Source: a virus (Duplodnaviria > Heunggongvirae > Uroviricota > Caudoviricetes). Taken from it: 64,000 bases of DNA. The notes beneath the pieces are model-generated. The model was not told the origin of the DNA. It did no database searches and worked only from the letters and a program-made list of their open reading frames with translations. This document shows, one piece after another, positions 29,602 to 37,903 of the stretch. Both the position numbers and the translations under genes were made by a program. The DNA lies in IMG/VR virus record IMGVR_UViG_3300009709_000001, positions 96,001 to 160,000 of that record. The stretch is one strand, 5' to 3'. Numbering within the stretch: position 1 is the first letter of the stretch; every line of letters starts with the position of its first letter.

Positions 29602-29862
29602 TTATCTTCTAACTAAAAAATTCCGAAAGTGTGTTTTCACACCAAAGCTTCTAGGACATGGGCTTGCATTGGCATGTCAAGTATACGATTTCTCTTCATG
29701 ACTTGGTTCGGGCTTTCAAAGCCAAAACAAACAATTACCCATTCAATCCGCAAGAATTTACCGTTCAGATCGTAGCATCCTGGACTTATCTCGCTTCGCA
29801 CTCTTTAAATAATGGCTACTTCTAGGCCTACATCCTTACAGAGTTTTTTAGTTAGAAGATAA
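29602..29862 (-). ncRNA. ncRNA mimicking the 23S rRNA L11-binding domain (H43/H44)
   Basis: GGATGTAGGCCTAGAAGTAGCCATTATTTAAAGAGTGCG (29835-29797) matches the conserved 23S H43 segment; enclosed by a ~22-bp terminal helix. Confidence 0.7.
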
Positions 29863-29884
29863 GGGGACTCCGGTCCCCTTATCT
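29857..29884 (-). terminator. hairpin after the DUF2828 gene
   Basis: AGATAAGGGGAC-loop-GTCCCCTTATCT; weak T-tract, so may be a processing stem rather than a terminator. Confidence 0.5.
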
Positions 29885-29896
29885 ATACACGACCTC

Positions 29897-31306
29897 TTAG
29901 AAGTCGTACTTCTCGACCATTACAGTCTTCAGCATAATGCTGATCGGTGTCATTTCTTCACCACCAAGAACCGACTTAACGATGCTTGGGCTGAATCCAG
30001 ACACAAGTGCTGCACCGACCTTGTTATAGGTCACCGGGCTGTTACCAGAACGGCCAGTAATGTTCCAGAACACGATCTGTGGCATCTTGTAGCCTGCGGC
30101 TGCATATTCTGCCTCGATCATTTCCATCGCACTAACCGACACACCTGCACCATAACCACGGCCGGAACCAGCGGTTACGCAAGTGTCGAATTCCATGTCC
30201 GACAAGATCATGATCTTTGTCGGCATTTCCTTCTGTGCAACCTTACCCTTCACTGCCGCACCCAAGATCAACTTGAATACAGCCTGGATGTCAGTATTCA
30301 TGCTCCAGCTCGAACGAGACATAGTATCGAAACGCTGCTTCAAAGTACCAGTTACCTTCAACAGTTCTGGCGCACCAGAGAATGTCACGAACTGATCCTT
30401 GAACACACCACCCATGCGTTCTGCGGTGTATAGACCTAGCGAAATCGCCACGTCCATTGCAGTTACCGATCCAGACACCGGAGTATCCATAGAACCGGAA
30501 ACGTCAACAACCGCAAGGATGTTTTCATCCGAACCTTCCAAGTAGTTAGGCAATGCCTTCCACTGTTCGTTCGACACAGTAACGTCACCGTTACGTAGAG
30601 AACGGATCACATCGTATGGGTACGCCACCGATGCGTTGATCTTTGCTTCGCCAGAAACCAGCTTAGCCTTATAGGTAGCATAACCCGATGGGTCGTGCTT
30701 ACCGAAAGCCTTCTGATAACGACCAGCAGCAACCGAAGGAACGTGCTGGTAGTTGATGTCATCCCATTCCTGGGCACACATCTTCTGTTCAACAGTGTTA
30801 GACAAGCTAACAACGAGTTGACGATACTGCTTAGGTGTCAACTTCAAGTAAGAACGAATCTTACCGGCTTCTGCACCCTGACGAGGCATCCACTTAGCGC
30901 ACAGACCGTCCTTGGCATTCAAAGCAGTCGCAATCATGCGCAATGCTTCGCGTTCCAATGGAGTACCGAATGCAACGAATACGTCGTCCCAACGACCAAG
31001 TGTCGGCACCTTCGCCAATACCTTCGAAGCGTTAACCGCGTCGGTACGGATCAAGTAACCAAACAGGTCACGGAAAGTCTTACGTTCGCCGGAACCACCA
31101 CGGGCGTCACGAGTCCATTGAAGGATACGGATCGCCACTTCAGAATCTTCTGCCAAAGCACCAGCAAAGACATTCTTGATGTCCTTACCGCGGCTTGCGC
31201 CAGCTAGGAAGAAGAGGTCCACGTTCTTATTCAACGAGGACACGTTGGTAACCGCGCCATTAGCGGTTGTTGCGGAGGCGTTTATAGCGGTGAAAAGGTC
31301 TGTCAT
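29897..31306 (-). CDS. DUF2828-family TROVE-like + vWA protein (Ro60-related)
   Basis: T.NG.....S....VDLFF, RD.RGG.GER..F, GRWDD, AKW.PR, E..MC...W..I.Y..VPS.A, MIDAS DVSGSM, FS..P, TD.Q.VF..IL, SDMEFD, P.IVFWN, VSGFS. Confidence 0.85.
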   Translation of the reverse strand: MTDLFTAINASATTANGAVTNVSSLNKNVDLFFLAGASRGKDIKNVFAGALAEDSEVAIRILQWTRDARGGSGERKTFRDLFGYLIRTDAVNASKVLAKVPTLGRWDDVFVAFGTPLEREALRMIATALNAKDGLCAKWMPRQGAEAGKIRSYLKLTPKQYRQLVVSLSNTVEQKMCAQEWDDINYQHVPSVAAGRYQKAFGKHDPSGYATYKAKLVSGEAKINASVAYPYDVIRSLRNGDVTVSNEQWKALPNYLEGSDENILAVVDVSGSMDTPVSGSVTAMDVAISLGLYTAERMGGVFKDQFVTFSGAPELLKVTGTLKQRFDTMSRSSWSMNTDIQAVFKLILGAAVKGKVAQKEMPTKIMILSDMEFDTCVTAGSGRGYGAGVSVSAMEMIEAEYAAAGYKMPQIVFWNITGRSGNSPVTYNKVGAALVSGFSPSIVKSVLGGEEMTPISIMLKTVMVEKYDF

Positions 31307-31319
31307 ATTGTATTCTCCT

Positions 31320-31355
31320 CAGAATTATGCTTATGTTAAATGCTGTTTTAACTCT
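31320..31355 (-). promoter_or_regulatory. handle element A (minimal), abutting the SD of the DUF2828 gene
   Basis: AGAGTTA-AAA-CAGCA...TAATTCT-G followed directly by AGGAG and ATG. Confidence 0.65.
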
Positions 31356-31387
31356 TTAAAATTTAATTTTACATAAATAGTTTTACT

Positions 31388-32212
31388 ATGTCAACCAACT
31401 TAACACAGAAACCACCTAAATGTAAGAATCCCGAGTGCCAAAATGAAACATATTGGCGTAAAGGGTCCAAATCAATGCAATGGTCTACTTATTGCATGAA
31501 ATCATGCTATCATTCTCATAAGAGCACTCTTATGTCTAAACCACCAAGGTTAAATGGTCCAAAATGTAAATTACCTTCTTGTGAAAATCTTGTAAATTGG
31601 TCAAGAAGTAAAGGGGTCGGGTGGAAAAGCTATTGCTCCGGTAATTGCTCATCAAAATACAAATCGGCTATTCTACTAGATGAAAAATTATCTCTTCCTA
31701 TAAAAATATGTAATAATCCATACTGTAATAATATCGTTTCGATAAGAAACAAATATTCACATGTATGGCTAGATCAATGCTCTCTTGAATGTAAAAGAAT
31801 AGTCGATCAAATTAAAATCAAATCTACAAACATACAGAGGTATGGCGTAGAAAATGTTATGCAATGCGATTCTATATTTGCAAGTAATATCAAAAGCAAT
31901 AAACGATTCAAAGATTATATTTTACCATCTGGTAAAATAGTTCGCATACAGGGAAATGAAAACCTTGCATTGGACCAACTTCTTCAGACTTATCAAGAAG
32001 CAGAAATCATTTGCGATAGATCTCTTGTTCCGAAATTTTGGTACGGTAAAAAGAAATATTATCCAGATATCTATATACCGAAAGATAATCTTATTATCGA
32101 GGTCAAATCTAAATGGACTTATAATGGTAAACCGGAATGGTTAGAATCAAACCTTCTTAAACAGCAGGCATGTTTAGATGCCGGATATAACTTTAAATTT
32201 ATGATTTACTGA
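31388..32212 (+). CDS. putative homing endonuclease (paralogue of 249-1163)
   Basis: three Cys-rich repeats; KDYILPSGK, YYPDIYIPKDNLIIEVKSKWT, ACLDAGYNFKFMI shared with 249-1163. Confidence 0.78.
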   Translation: MSTNLTQKPPKCKNPECQNETYWRKGSKSMQWSTYCMKSCYHSHKSTLMSKPPRLNGPKCKLPSCENLVNWSRSKGVGWKSYCSGNCSSKYKSAILLDEKLSLPIKICNNPYCNNIVSIRNKYSHVWLDQCSLECKRIVDQIKIKSTNIQRYGVENVMQCDSIFASNIKSNKRFKDYILPSGKIVRIQGNENLALDQLLQTYQEAEIICDRSLVPKFWYGKKKYYPDIYIPKDNLIIEVKSKWTYNGKPEWLESNLLKQQACLDAGYNFKFMIY

Positions 32213-32415
32213 ATATAATCTATATTTTTTGTAGATAATCGAGTAACATCCCCACCGTCTGGTTTTGCAGAATAGATCGATTTTCCAGATTTTCTTTCCT
32301 GAATTATCCAATAAAGAATAGTAAGTGCTTCTGCATTCACTGCTACTGCATTTACACCAAGGGCCGATGTCATCTCGCAGATTTTGGTATCATCGATTTC
32401 TATACGAAGTTCCAT
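32206..32415 (-). CDS. small hypothetical protein (possible ribbon-helix-helix)
   Basis: MELRIEIDD strand followed by two helices; AAGGA SD. Confidence 0.5.
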   Translation of the reverse strand: MELRIEIDDTKICEMTSALGVNAVAVNAEALTILYWIIQERKSGKSIYSAKPDGGDVTRLSTKNIDYIQ

Positions 32416-32428
32416 ATATTTTCCTTAT

Positions 32429-32544
32429 CAGAATCATTTTTTATTGCCGGTTGCTCTGCCAACTGAGCTACGTCACCGAAGCGACGGCAGGACTCGAACC
32501 TGCGACCCACTGGTTGTTTCAATTTTTATTGCGGAACTGATTCT
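32429..32544 (-). ncRNA. handle element B: YrlA-type Y-like RNA with a permuted tRNA domain
   Basis: handle AGAATCA/TGATTCT; T-arm GCAGG-TTCGAGT-CCTGC, then an acceptor-like stem capped by TTCG, then D-arm GCTC-AGTTGGCA-GAGC. Confidence 0.85.
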
Positions 32545-32608
32545 TTACACATTAGTCGGCCAGCCGCTCGTTAACGGGTCTAGTTATCGGCATAATGCGA
32601 AAATCAAT

Positions 32609-32712
32609 CAGATTAGGTTTTGGCGAGTTTTTGCTTTCCCCACCAGAAAGGTTCTTTGTTGGCCCGAAGGCTTTCCAAGTTGCATAATTTTAAGGTATGC
32701 TGAACCTAATCT
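32609..32712 (-). ncRNA. handle element C
   Basis: AGATTAG-GTT-CAGCA...CTAATCT-G; internal TTCG hairpin. Confidence 0.7.
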
Positions 32713-32743
32713 TTACAATCGTTCTATTTTACGTGTTTTCCAA

Positions 32744-33106
32744 TTAAATGTCAATGGACTCAACAGTGTGATTATACGTGTCAGCTCCAACAGCTGGATC
32801 TACTAAGATGTCGCAATCGATATTCATCGACACAGCATCAAAATCCTGGATATTCAGTGTTACCGTATATCCACCAGTGGAATAACATGCAAATCTCTCT
32901 AGAATCTGTCTACCAAGACGGATATCCCGAATTGCATCCTTTGCCATTTCCTCGGCATGACGCATCATGAATTGCTTAATATGAATTCTAACTTCTTCTG
33001 AATCGCTAACAGTCGGAATCCAACGAGGAACCCATTTGTTTTCTTTCCATATAAAATCGGCAGCGGTGTCGAGTTGGAAACCGCTGTAATTCACATTAAT
33101 TTTCAT
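32744..33106 (-). CDS. hypothetical protein
   Basis: likely start MKINVN; YSTGGYTV and ILVDPAVG motifs. Confidence 0.6.
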   Translation of the reverse strand: MKINVNYSGFQLDTAADFIWKENKWVPRWIPTVSDSEEVRIHIKQFMMRHAEEMAKDAIRDIRLGRQILERFACYSTGGYTVTLNIQDFDAVSMNIDCDILVDPAVGADTYNHTVESIDI

Positions 33107-33121
33107 TATGGTCGGTAAGAA

Positions 33122-33334
33122 CAGAGTGATGCAAGGGACACATCGGAATCTAGTTCCTCTGCGCAATAGAGCCTTGCCTCCAGTTCGAACTTTTTACATC
33201 GTCCTAAGATGTTTGGTTGTCTGCATATTGCCGCCCTTTCGGATTTTTATGGCAATAGCTACCCTATCCGAAGATAGGTCTTTATCCAACCTGCTCATTA
33301 CCTTTCGGTATAAGTTGTTTGCTGAACTCACTCT
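33122..33334 (-). ncRNA. handle element D
   Basis: AGAGTGA-GTT-CAGCA...TCACTCT-G; GAAA and TTCG tetraloop hairpins; TTGACG-18-TATAAT at 33354-33383 just upstream. Confidence 0.72.
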
Positions 33335-33417
33335 TTTGTAAATTTGTACACCAATTATAGTGTATGTTTAGTTATGCCGTCAAGTAAAAACCACATGGTT
33401 AATGGTTCAAAAAGACG

Positions 33418-34149
33418 TCATTTTCTTTGACTAGCCTTGTAGGCAAGCTCTTTGTCAATAAAATCCACCGCACGACTCATCAAGCGTTTATAATCCTTGG
33501 ATTTTTCCTTTTCGGGGAACAAGGACGAAACTTTCTTAGCTTTCATGAATCTATCCAAATCTGCATAGGCTTGCTTCTTGATCTGGTTAGGATCAGATAT
33601 TTCCTTTACAAGCTTTTGAATGGACAAAACCATTAGGCTCATTACTTCGGCAAATCTTGCATTAATTTCTGCAGGGCTCGCCAAGTATCGCTGATGACTG
33701 TCAGCATTGCGATATTCCTTATTTTTCGGCGTATCGTAGCGCTTACTCTTACCTGCACGGAAGTTTGACTTGATGTCATCTAATGCGTGCCTAAATTCGT
33801 GGGTCAGAATTCTAAGTAAGGATTGATCAGCCTTTTTCAAGACGCGATCGCTTACATGGACAGTTGTCGTGGATGGATCCCATACTCCATCAACTACAGT
33901 ACCGGTTTGGTTCTTAGTTGCGGGGTCGTCTAGAAGCTCGTCTTGAGGATTGATGACAATGCTAATGTCGCCGAGTGCTTCAAGCGGAGTATTCAGATAA
34001 TCCGAAACCTTTCCTAGGTCAACAGATTCATCTGGTGCAGTACCCGGTGGATATTTCTGCCTAATCATTTTACTGACGGCGCCGGCCAATGAAACAATGG
34101 CCCTATCCTCATTCGCAGTTTCTGACAAAAATATCTCTCTTAAAAACAT
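33418..34149 (-). CDS. zincin-like (HExxH) protein
   Basis: LTHEFRHALD plus Y..SP.EINAR; late motif at 34169-34176. Confidence 0.65.
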   Translation of the reverse strand: MFLREIFLSETANEDRAIVSLAGAVSKMIRQKYPPGTAPDESVDLGKVSDYLNTPLEALGDISIVINPQDELLDDPATKNQTGTVVDGVWDPSTTTVHVSDRVLKKADQSLLRILTHEFRHALDDIKSNFRAGKSKRYDTPKNKEYRNADSHQRYLASPAEINARFAEVMSLMVLSIQKLVKEISDPNQIKKQAYADLDRFMKAKKVSSLFPEKEKSKDYKRLMSRAVDFIDKELAYKASQRK

Positions 34150-34182
34150 CGTGCATCCTTAGATGCACTATTTATCAAGAAA

Positions 34183-35262
34183 TCAATCCTCTTGCTTCAG
34201 AAGAAATTTATTACTGATAACCTTGAAGCTGAAATCACCATCCATTCTCTTCCAAACTTCGCCTTCGCGAATAGGATGAATAATAGATGGGCCATCGGCG
34301 TGGGCCAATAGCGAATTGATATTGGTAATACCCAATTCCTCAAGTGTTGCATTCATGTGCAGAACCGGTACATGCTGTACCATATCTCTGTCCAGGCCAC
34401 GCGCATACATTTCTTCAAGAATAGCATGACGTTCTGTCGGAGGAAGATATTTGCCGGTAACGATATTAAAAATATCGAACACAAAGAGCTTAACCTTCTT
34501 TAGCTGTTCACGGTTTTGTGGGAAGCCCGGCCCCATAATTTCACCCTGAACTGCGAAGTTGCGATCGAAGCTCAGCATTACATCCTTCAGCTTGCTATCC
34601 ACGAATAGACGAACAAGCTTATTATCAATGTTAACTGGATCATCGATATCAAAGTCCCAGTTTCTTCCGCAAACACTTGCGATACTGTCCTTGGTATAAC
34701 CAGTAAAGGATGCGCCATCCATTTTCATGCTGACTTCATAACGAGCATCGGCATTATCAGTAAAGATCTTTCGAACAATGTTCTGACAACGCTGCTGGTA
34801 AGTCTTCGGAATGTCGCCTGGGAAATTACCACGAACTTGTCCAGCCATTTCGTCCGGAATAGGCAGTTCGTATTTGATCACACCGAGCATATCGGTCACA
34901 TCCATGCCATCCTGTGGCGGCATGTAATCATTCGGACCAGTGCAGTTACCGATTGTATCACGGAGACTCTGCATTATAGGCAAGGCAAGGCCTTGGCTTA
35001 ACTGACCACGAAGCTTAATGGTCTTGATGCGAATACCTTCTTTGTCACCAAGGCGCTTAAAGGCACGGGCACGCAGATGCTCAACTTCGGGCATCATTGG
35101 AATCAGACTATCGATTTCAAAGTAGACGCATTGATCGCCTTCCTTGAATTCGCTCTTCAAGACAACGCATTGCCAGCCGTCAATAATGGCCAGCATAATA
35201 GAATCGGCTCCCTCAATAGGAAGCAATTTATCAATTCTACGGATGGTTGCTAGTTGTCTCAT
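34183..35262 (-). CDS. RNA ligase, DRB0094/Rnl2 family with N-terminal OB domain
   Basis: MRQLATI..I....PIEGAD.I, YFEIDS, LRGQLSQGL, motif I KMDG, QGEIMG, FVFDI, REG.V.K, SFKVISNKFL. Confidence 0.92.
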   Translation of the reverse strand: MRQLATIRRIDKLLPIEGADSIMLAIIDGWQCVVLKSEFKEGDQCVYFEIDSLIPMMPEVEHLRARAFKRLGDKEGIRIKTIKLRGQLSQGLALPIMQSLRDTIGNCTGPNDYMPPQDGMDVTDMLGVIKYELPIPDEMAGQVRGNFPGDIPKTYQQRCQNIVRKIFTDNADARYEVSMKMDGASFTGYTKDSIASVCGRNWDFDIDDPVNIDNKLVRLFVDSKLKDVMLSFDRNFAVQGEIMGPGFPQNREQLKKVKLFVFDIFNIVTGKYLPPTERHAILEEMYARGLDRDMVQHVPVLHMNATLEELGITNINSLLAHADGPSIIHPIREGEVWKRMDGDFSFKVISNKFLLKQED

Positions 35263-35277
35263 GATATGAAATTAAAA

Positions 35278-35469
35278 CAGGATAGTTGGTAGCGCGGTTT
35301 TTTTATTTTCTGGTGGGTTACATGAAACTACCTACCACCCTATTACAGTATTCTTCTGTAAACTATCTGCTGGGTTCTTCGCAGAGCATATCTAGTTCTC
35401 TAGAATATCTATTCCGTGGAGCAAGCTCGTCAATAGAATTTGGCTGGTTTTTGATGCAGTATCTATCCT
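35278..35469 (-). ncRNA. handle element E (between tRNA-Leu and the RNA ligase gene)
   Basis: AGGATAG-ATA-CTGCA...CTATCCT-G. Confidence 0.65.
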
Positions 35470-35476
35470 AAAACCT

Positions 35477-35560
35477 TGGTACCCCAGACCGGACTCGAAC
35501 CGGTACGCCTCTCAGCGGCGGATTTTGAGTCCGCTTTGTCTACCATTCCAACACCAGGGC
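35477..35560 (-). tRNA. tRNA-Leu(CAA)
   Basis: GCGGA-CT-CAA-AA-TCCGC; long V-arm; CCA. Confidence 0.93.
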
Positions 35561-35566
35561 AAATTC

Positions 35567-35800
35567 TTATTTATTCTGGGTGTATTCCTCGTACCATTTT
35601 TTCCATACTGCTTCGGCGTGGAAATAACCTATCACTAACCATGCAAATACAACCAGTGCATAGATCGGTAGTAAATATGGCCATGTAACCGCAGTCAAAA
35701 AGGCACCCATAAGCATCGTCATGAAGAAAGTCACAAAGAATTGATCGGGCTTCATAAGCTCGTGCATCTTCTCTAGAATAATCCATCTCAGAAAATTCAT
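35567..35800 (-). CDS. small membrane protein
   Basis: two TM segments. Confidence 0.6.
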   Translation of the reverse strand: MNFLRWIILEKMHELMKPDQFFVTFFMTMLMGAFLTAVTWPYLLPIYALVVFAWLVIGYFHAEAVWKKWYEEYTQNK

Positions 35801-35810
35801 GATGTGTCTT

Positions 35811-36209
35811 TCAAAAAAGCGGCAAATGACCGGTAATTTCGTTTATCTTTGCTTCGTCGTTAGGACCAACCCCAACTGCCGTAAGTGTAGCAACTCCTCC
35901 AAACTCTGTCAAGCCTGCATCTTTGATTAATGAAGCAGGCAATCCAGCAGCGAGGGCTTTCTTATAAATGTCCACTAATTCTTCGTCAGTGGTAACATAA
36001 ACGGCTACCTTCTTGAAATTCCCAACTACCCATTGCTTAATGAAAGGATCAGTTAAGGGAATCTCAAATTTTGTTTCGTCGGCATTCATACTGCCAATAC
36101 CTAGCAACGCACCGGTTGCTGCATGTGCGCCTTGCGCCACATATTTCCCGGTACGCATGTTGCGATCCTTCGGGAATTTCTTCATCACTAAAACTTGCTT
36201 CGAACCCAT
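35811..36209 (-). CDS. pth2: peptidyl-tRNA hydrolase, Pth2 family
   Basis: KQVLV, M..GKY.AQ.AHA, KKVAV, I.DAGLTEF, T.T.VGVGP, ITGHL.L. Confidence 0.92.
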   Translation of the reverse strand: MGSKQVLVMKKFPKDRNMRTGKYVAQGAHAATGALLGIGSMNADETKFEIPLTDPFIKQWVVGNFKKVAVYVTTDEELVDIYKKALAAGLPASLIKDAGLTEFGGVATLTAVGVGPNDEAKINEITGHLPLF

Positions 36210-36433
36210 TATCCCATCCATTTTAGTTTGAACACCATTAAATCTTCTTCTGTATCAAACCATACACCCGAAGAATCACTGGCAAAGGTGCCGTTGTATT
36301 CCTTCATAACTCTTTCGAGATGAACCCAACCATATATTCCTTCAGGTGCTTCTCTCATTGTTTGCCGTGCGAAAGACCGCCACCATTGGGGGCAGTCTTC
36401 CATTTCTTCAGGTAATGGGAGTTTTACTCCCAC
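36209..36433 (-). CDS. small hypothetical protein (F..E.D..F.LKW family)
   Basis: C-terminal FDTEEDLMVFKLKWMG. Confidence 0.65.
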   Translation of the reverse strand: MGVKLPLPEEMEDCPQWWRSFARQTMREAPEGIYGWVHLERVMKEYNGTFASDSSGVWFDTEEDLMVFKLKWMG

Positions 36434-36438
36434 TCCTA

Positions 36439-37047
36439 TTACGCCTTGTCTTCGGCTGGCGTCAGAGCCTCAACAGCCGAGCTGTAGATCTTGTGGTAGA
36501 TGCCACGGAAGACCTTCGTCACCAGGGACTGGATCATGTTGATGAGGTCACCTGCAATGTTTTCAATCATCGAGAAGGGCCAAATCAGGATCCATGCAGT
36601 GATGATCGAGAGCATAGCCTTCGGATGAAGGTCGCGAATGACACGACGACGCTGCATTTCATCGGCTTCGCGGTTCTCGACGACAGTCTTGTCAACGTGT
36701 CGCTTGTAACGCCACCAGCTCCAAACGAGGCCGACTGCGACGTAGATCGAAGCACCAACCAAAATCGTCATCAGCGGGACGGCGAAGAAGAAGTACGACG
36801 TTGCTGCCAGGCCGAGCATCATCGTGACTGCCCAACCGCGTGCGCCATTGTGTTCGAACAAGATACCCAACAGGGCCAAGCCGATCAATGCGGGCCAGGT
36901 CATTGCAAGACCGGCGAAGAAGCCGAGTGTTGCAACAATCAGGCCCGGGGAGGCCGAAGCTGCTGCGGCCGAAGCTGCTGCGGTGGGTGCGCTTGCGGCG
37001 CTTGCTGCTGATGCGGCAACTGCTGCCGCGACAATGGTACCAGCCAT
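36439..37047 (-). CDS. multi-TM membrane protein with Ala-rich N-terminus
   Basis: about four TM segments; Y...G..WS.WRY and I.AWI..WPFS; TTGACA-17-TAAACT promoter at 37096-37124. Confidence 0.75.
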   Translation of the reverse strand: MAGTIVAAAVAASAASAASAPTAAASAAAASASPGLIVATLGFFAGLAMTWPALIGLALLGILFEHNGARGWAVTMMLGLAATSYFFFAVPLMTILVGASIYVAVGLVWSWWRYKRHVDKTVVENREADEMQRRRVIRDLHPKAMLSIITAWILIWPFSMIENIAGDLINMIQSLVTKVFRGIYHKIYSSAVEALTPAEDKA

Positions 37048-37128
37048 GTTTACCTTTCTGTGTGCGCTTCTTGCGCGTTAAGTAACTGAGCCTGTAGTTT
37101 ACCTGAGACAGTAATTTATGTCAACTGG

Positions 37129-37494
37129 TTAAAACGTGCCACTTTTGTAAATGGCATTCGACATCGACCACTGACGCTTCCACGACCATTCGTCAAGAAC
37201 GAGTTGATTGAAAACGTCTTCTTCAACTTCAATCACATCGTCAACCGAAAGTTCAAGCATGCGAACTGCTTTCTTGTATTCAGCTTCATAAGTGACAGGA
37301 GGAGCGGGAAGAGTCTTGACCTTAGCAAGTTCGCTAAGATCACCAGTCTTTGCCAACTTGAGGTTGGCCTGCACGATTTGCAGCGCGAGCTTTTTATAGT
37401 CCTCGACGGATTCTAAATAGTCGGCAATGTGCTTTGCGAGATTTTCACGAACGACTTGAAGCAACTGTTCGCGCTTCATGTTGATTGAATTCAT
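37129..37494 (-). CDS. conserved hypothetical phage protein
   Basis: N..KH...Y.E....Y, P..Y...Y..A.RMLE.SVD......F.QLV.DEW.WK. Confidence 0.75.
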   Translation of the reverse strand: MNSINMKREQLLQVVRENLAKHIADYLESVEDYKKLALQIVQANLKLAKTGDLSELAKVKTLPAPPVTYEAEYKKAVRMLELSVDDVIEVEEDVFNQLVLDEWSWKRQWSMSNAIYKSGTF

Positions 37495-37529
37495 AACATT
37501 CCTTCTGGGGTTTCTCATTATTATTCCTA

Positions 37530-37620
37530 TGGAGGATGAGTGCGGGATCGAACCGCAACCAGTTCATCACTGATCGACTACCTTTCCAGGGTAGCTCAGG
37601 CCCAGCCTGAATACTCATCC
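37530..37620 (-). tRNA. tRNA-Ser(GGA), 8/4-fold compatible
   Basis: CTACC-CT-GGA-AA-GGTAG; GGATGAGT/ACTCATCC; 5-6-bp D-stem; long V-arm; U73-CCA. Confidence 0.85.
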
Positions 37621-37654
37621 AATTAGCAATTATAATGTAATGCTATGCTTGTCG

Positions 37655-37903
37655 TCAACCTATCAAAGCAGCAACAAGAAGAAATTCCTCTACTGTTTGA
37701 ATGTCGTTGTTTATCTTTTCCAATAATTCTTCAGCTTTGAGTTTCTTACCACGGCGTGCTTCAACTTCGGCACGTGAAAGTAATTTAACTTCTTCTTGAA
37801 TGTTTCGAATCATCTTCCTTACTTCAAGTCCGTGAGCAAGCCCCACGGTTTTACGCATAAGAGAAACTTCAACATTGGCCCATTCAAGGCTGGTTTTAAT
37901 CAT
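37655..37903 (-). CDS. hypothetical protein
   Basis: helical 82-aa ORF; LS..EV.ARR motif. Confidence 0.65.
   Translation of the reverse strand: MIKTSLEWANVEVSLMRKTVGLAHGLEVRKMIRNIQEEVKLLSRAEVEARRGKKLKAEELLEKINNDIQTVEEFLLVAALIG

Noticed and set aside
29602-29862. A true 23S rRNA gene or host contamination
   Set aside because: Only about 40 nt match; the flanks are phage genes and a non-rRNA clamp helix.
32325-32806. Plus-strand ORFs 32325-32540 and 32384-32806
   Set aside because: They are antisense shadows of handle RNAs B and C, with no recognisable protein motifs.
31320-35469. CRISPR array interpretation of the repeated handles
   Set aside because: The repeats conserve pairing rather than sequence, spacing is irregular, and no cas genes are present.
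36346-37011. 221-aa plus-strand Cys-rich ORF
   Set aside because: Antisense to the Ala-rich membrane-protein gene, which has a promoter and SD.
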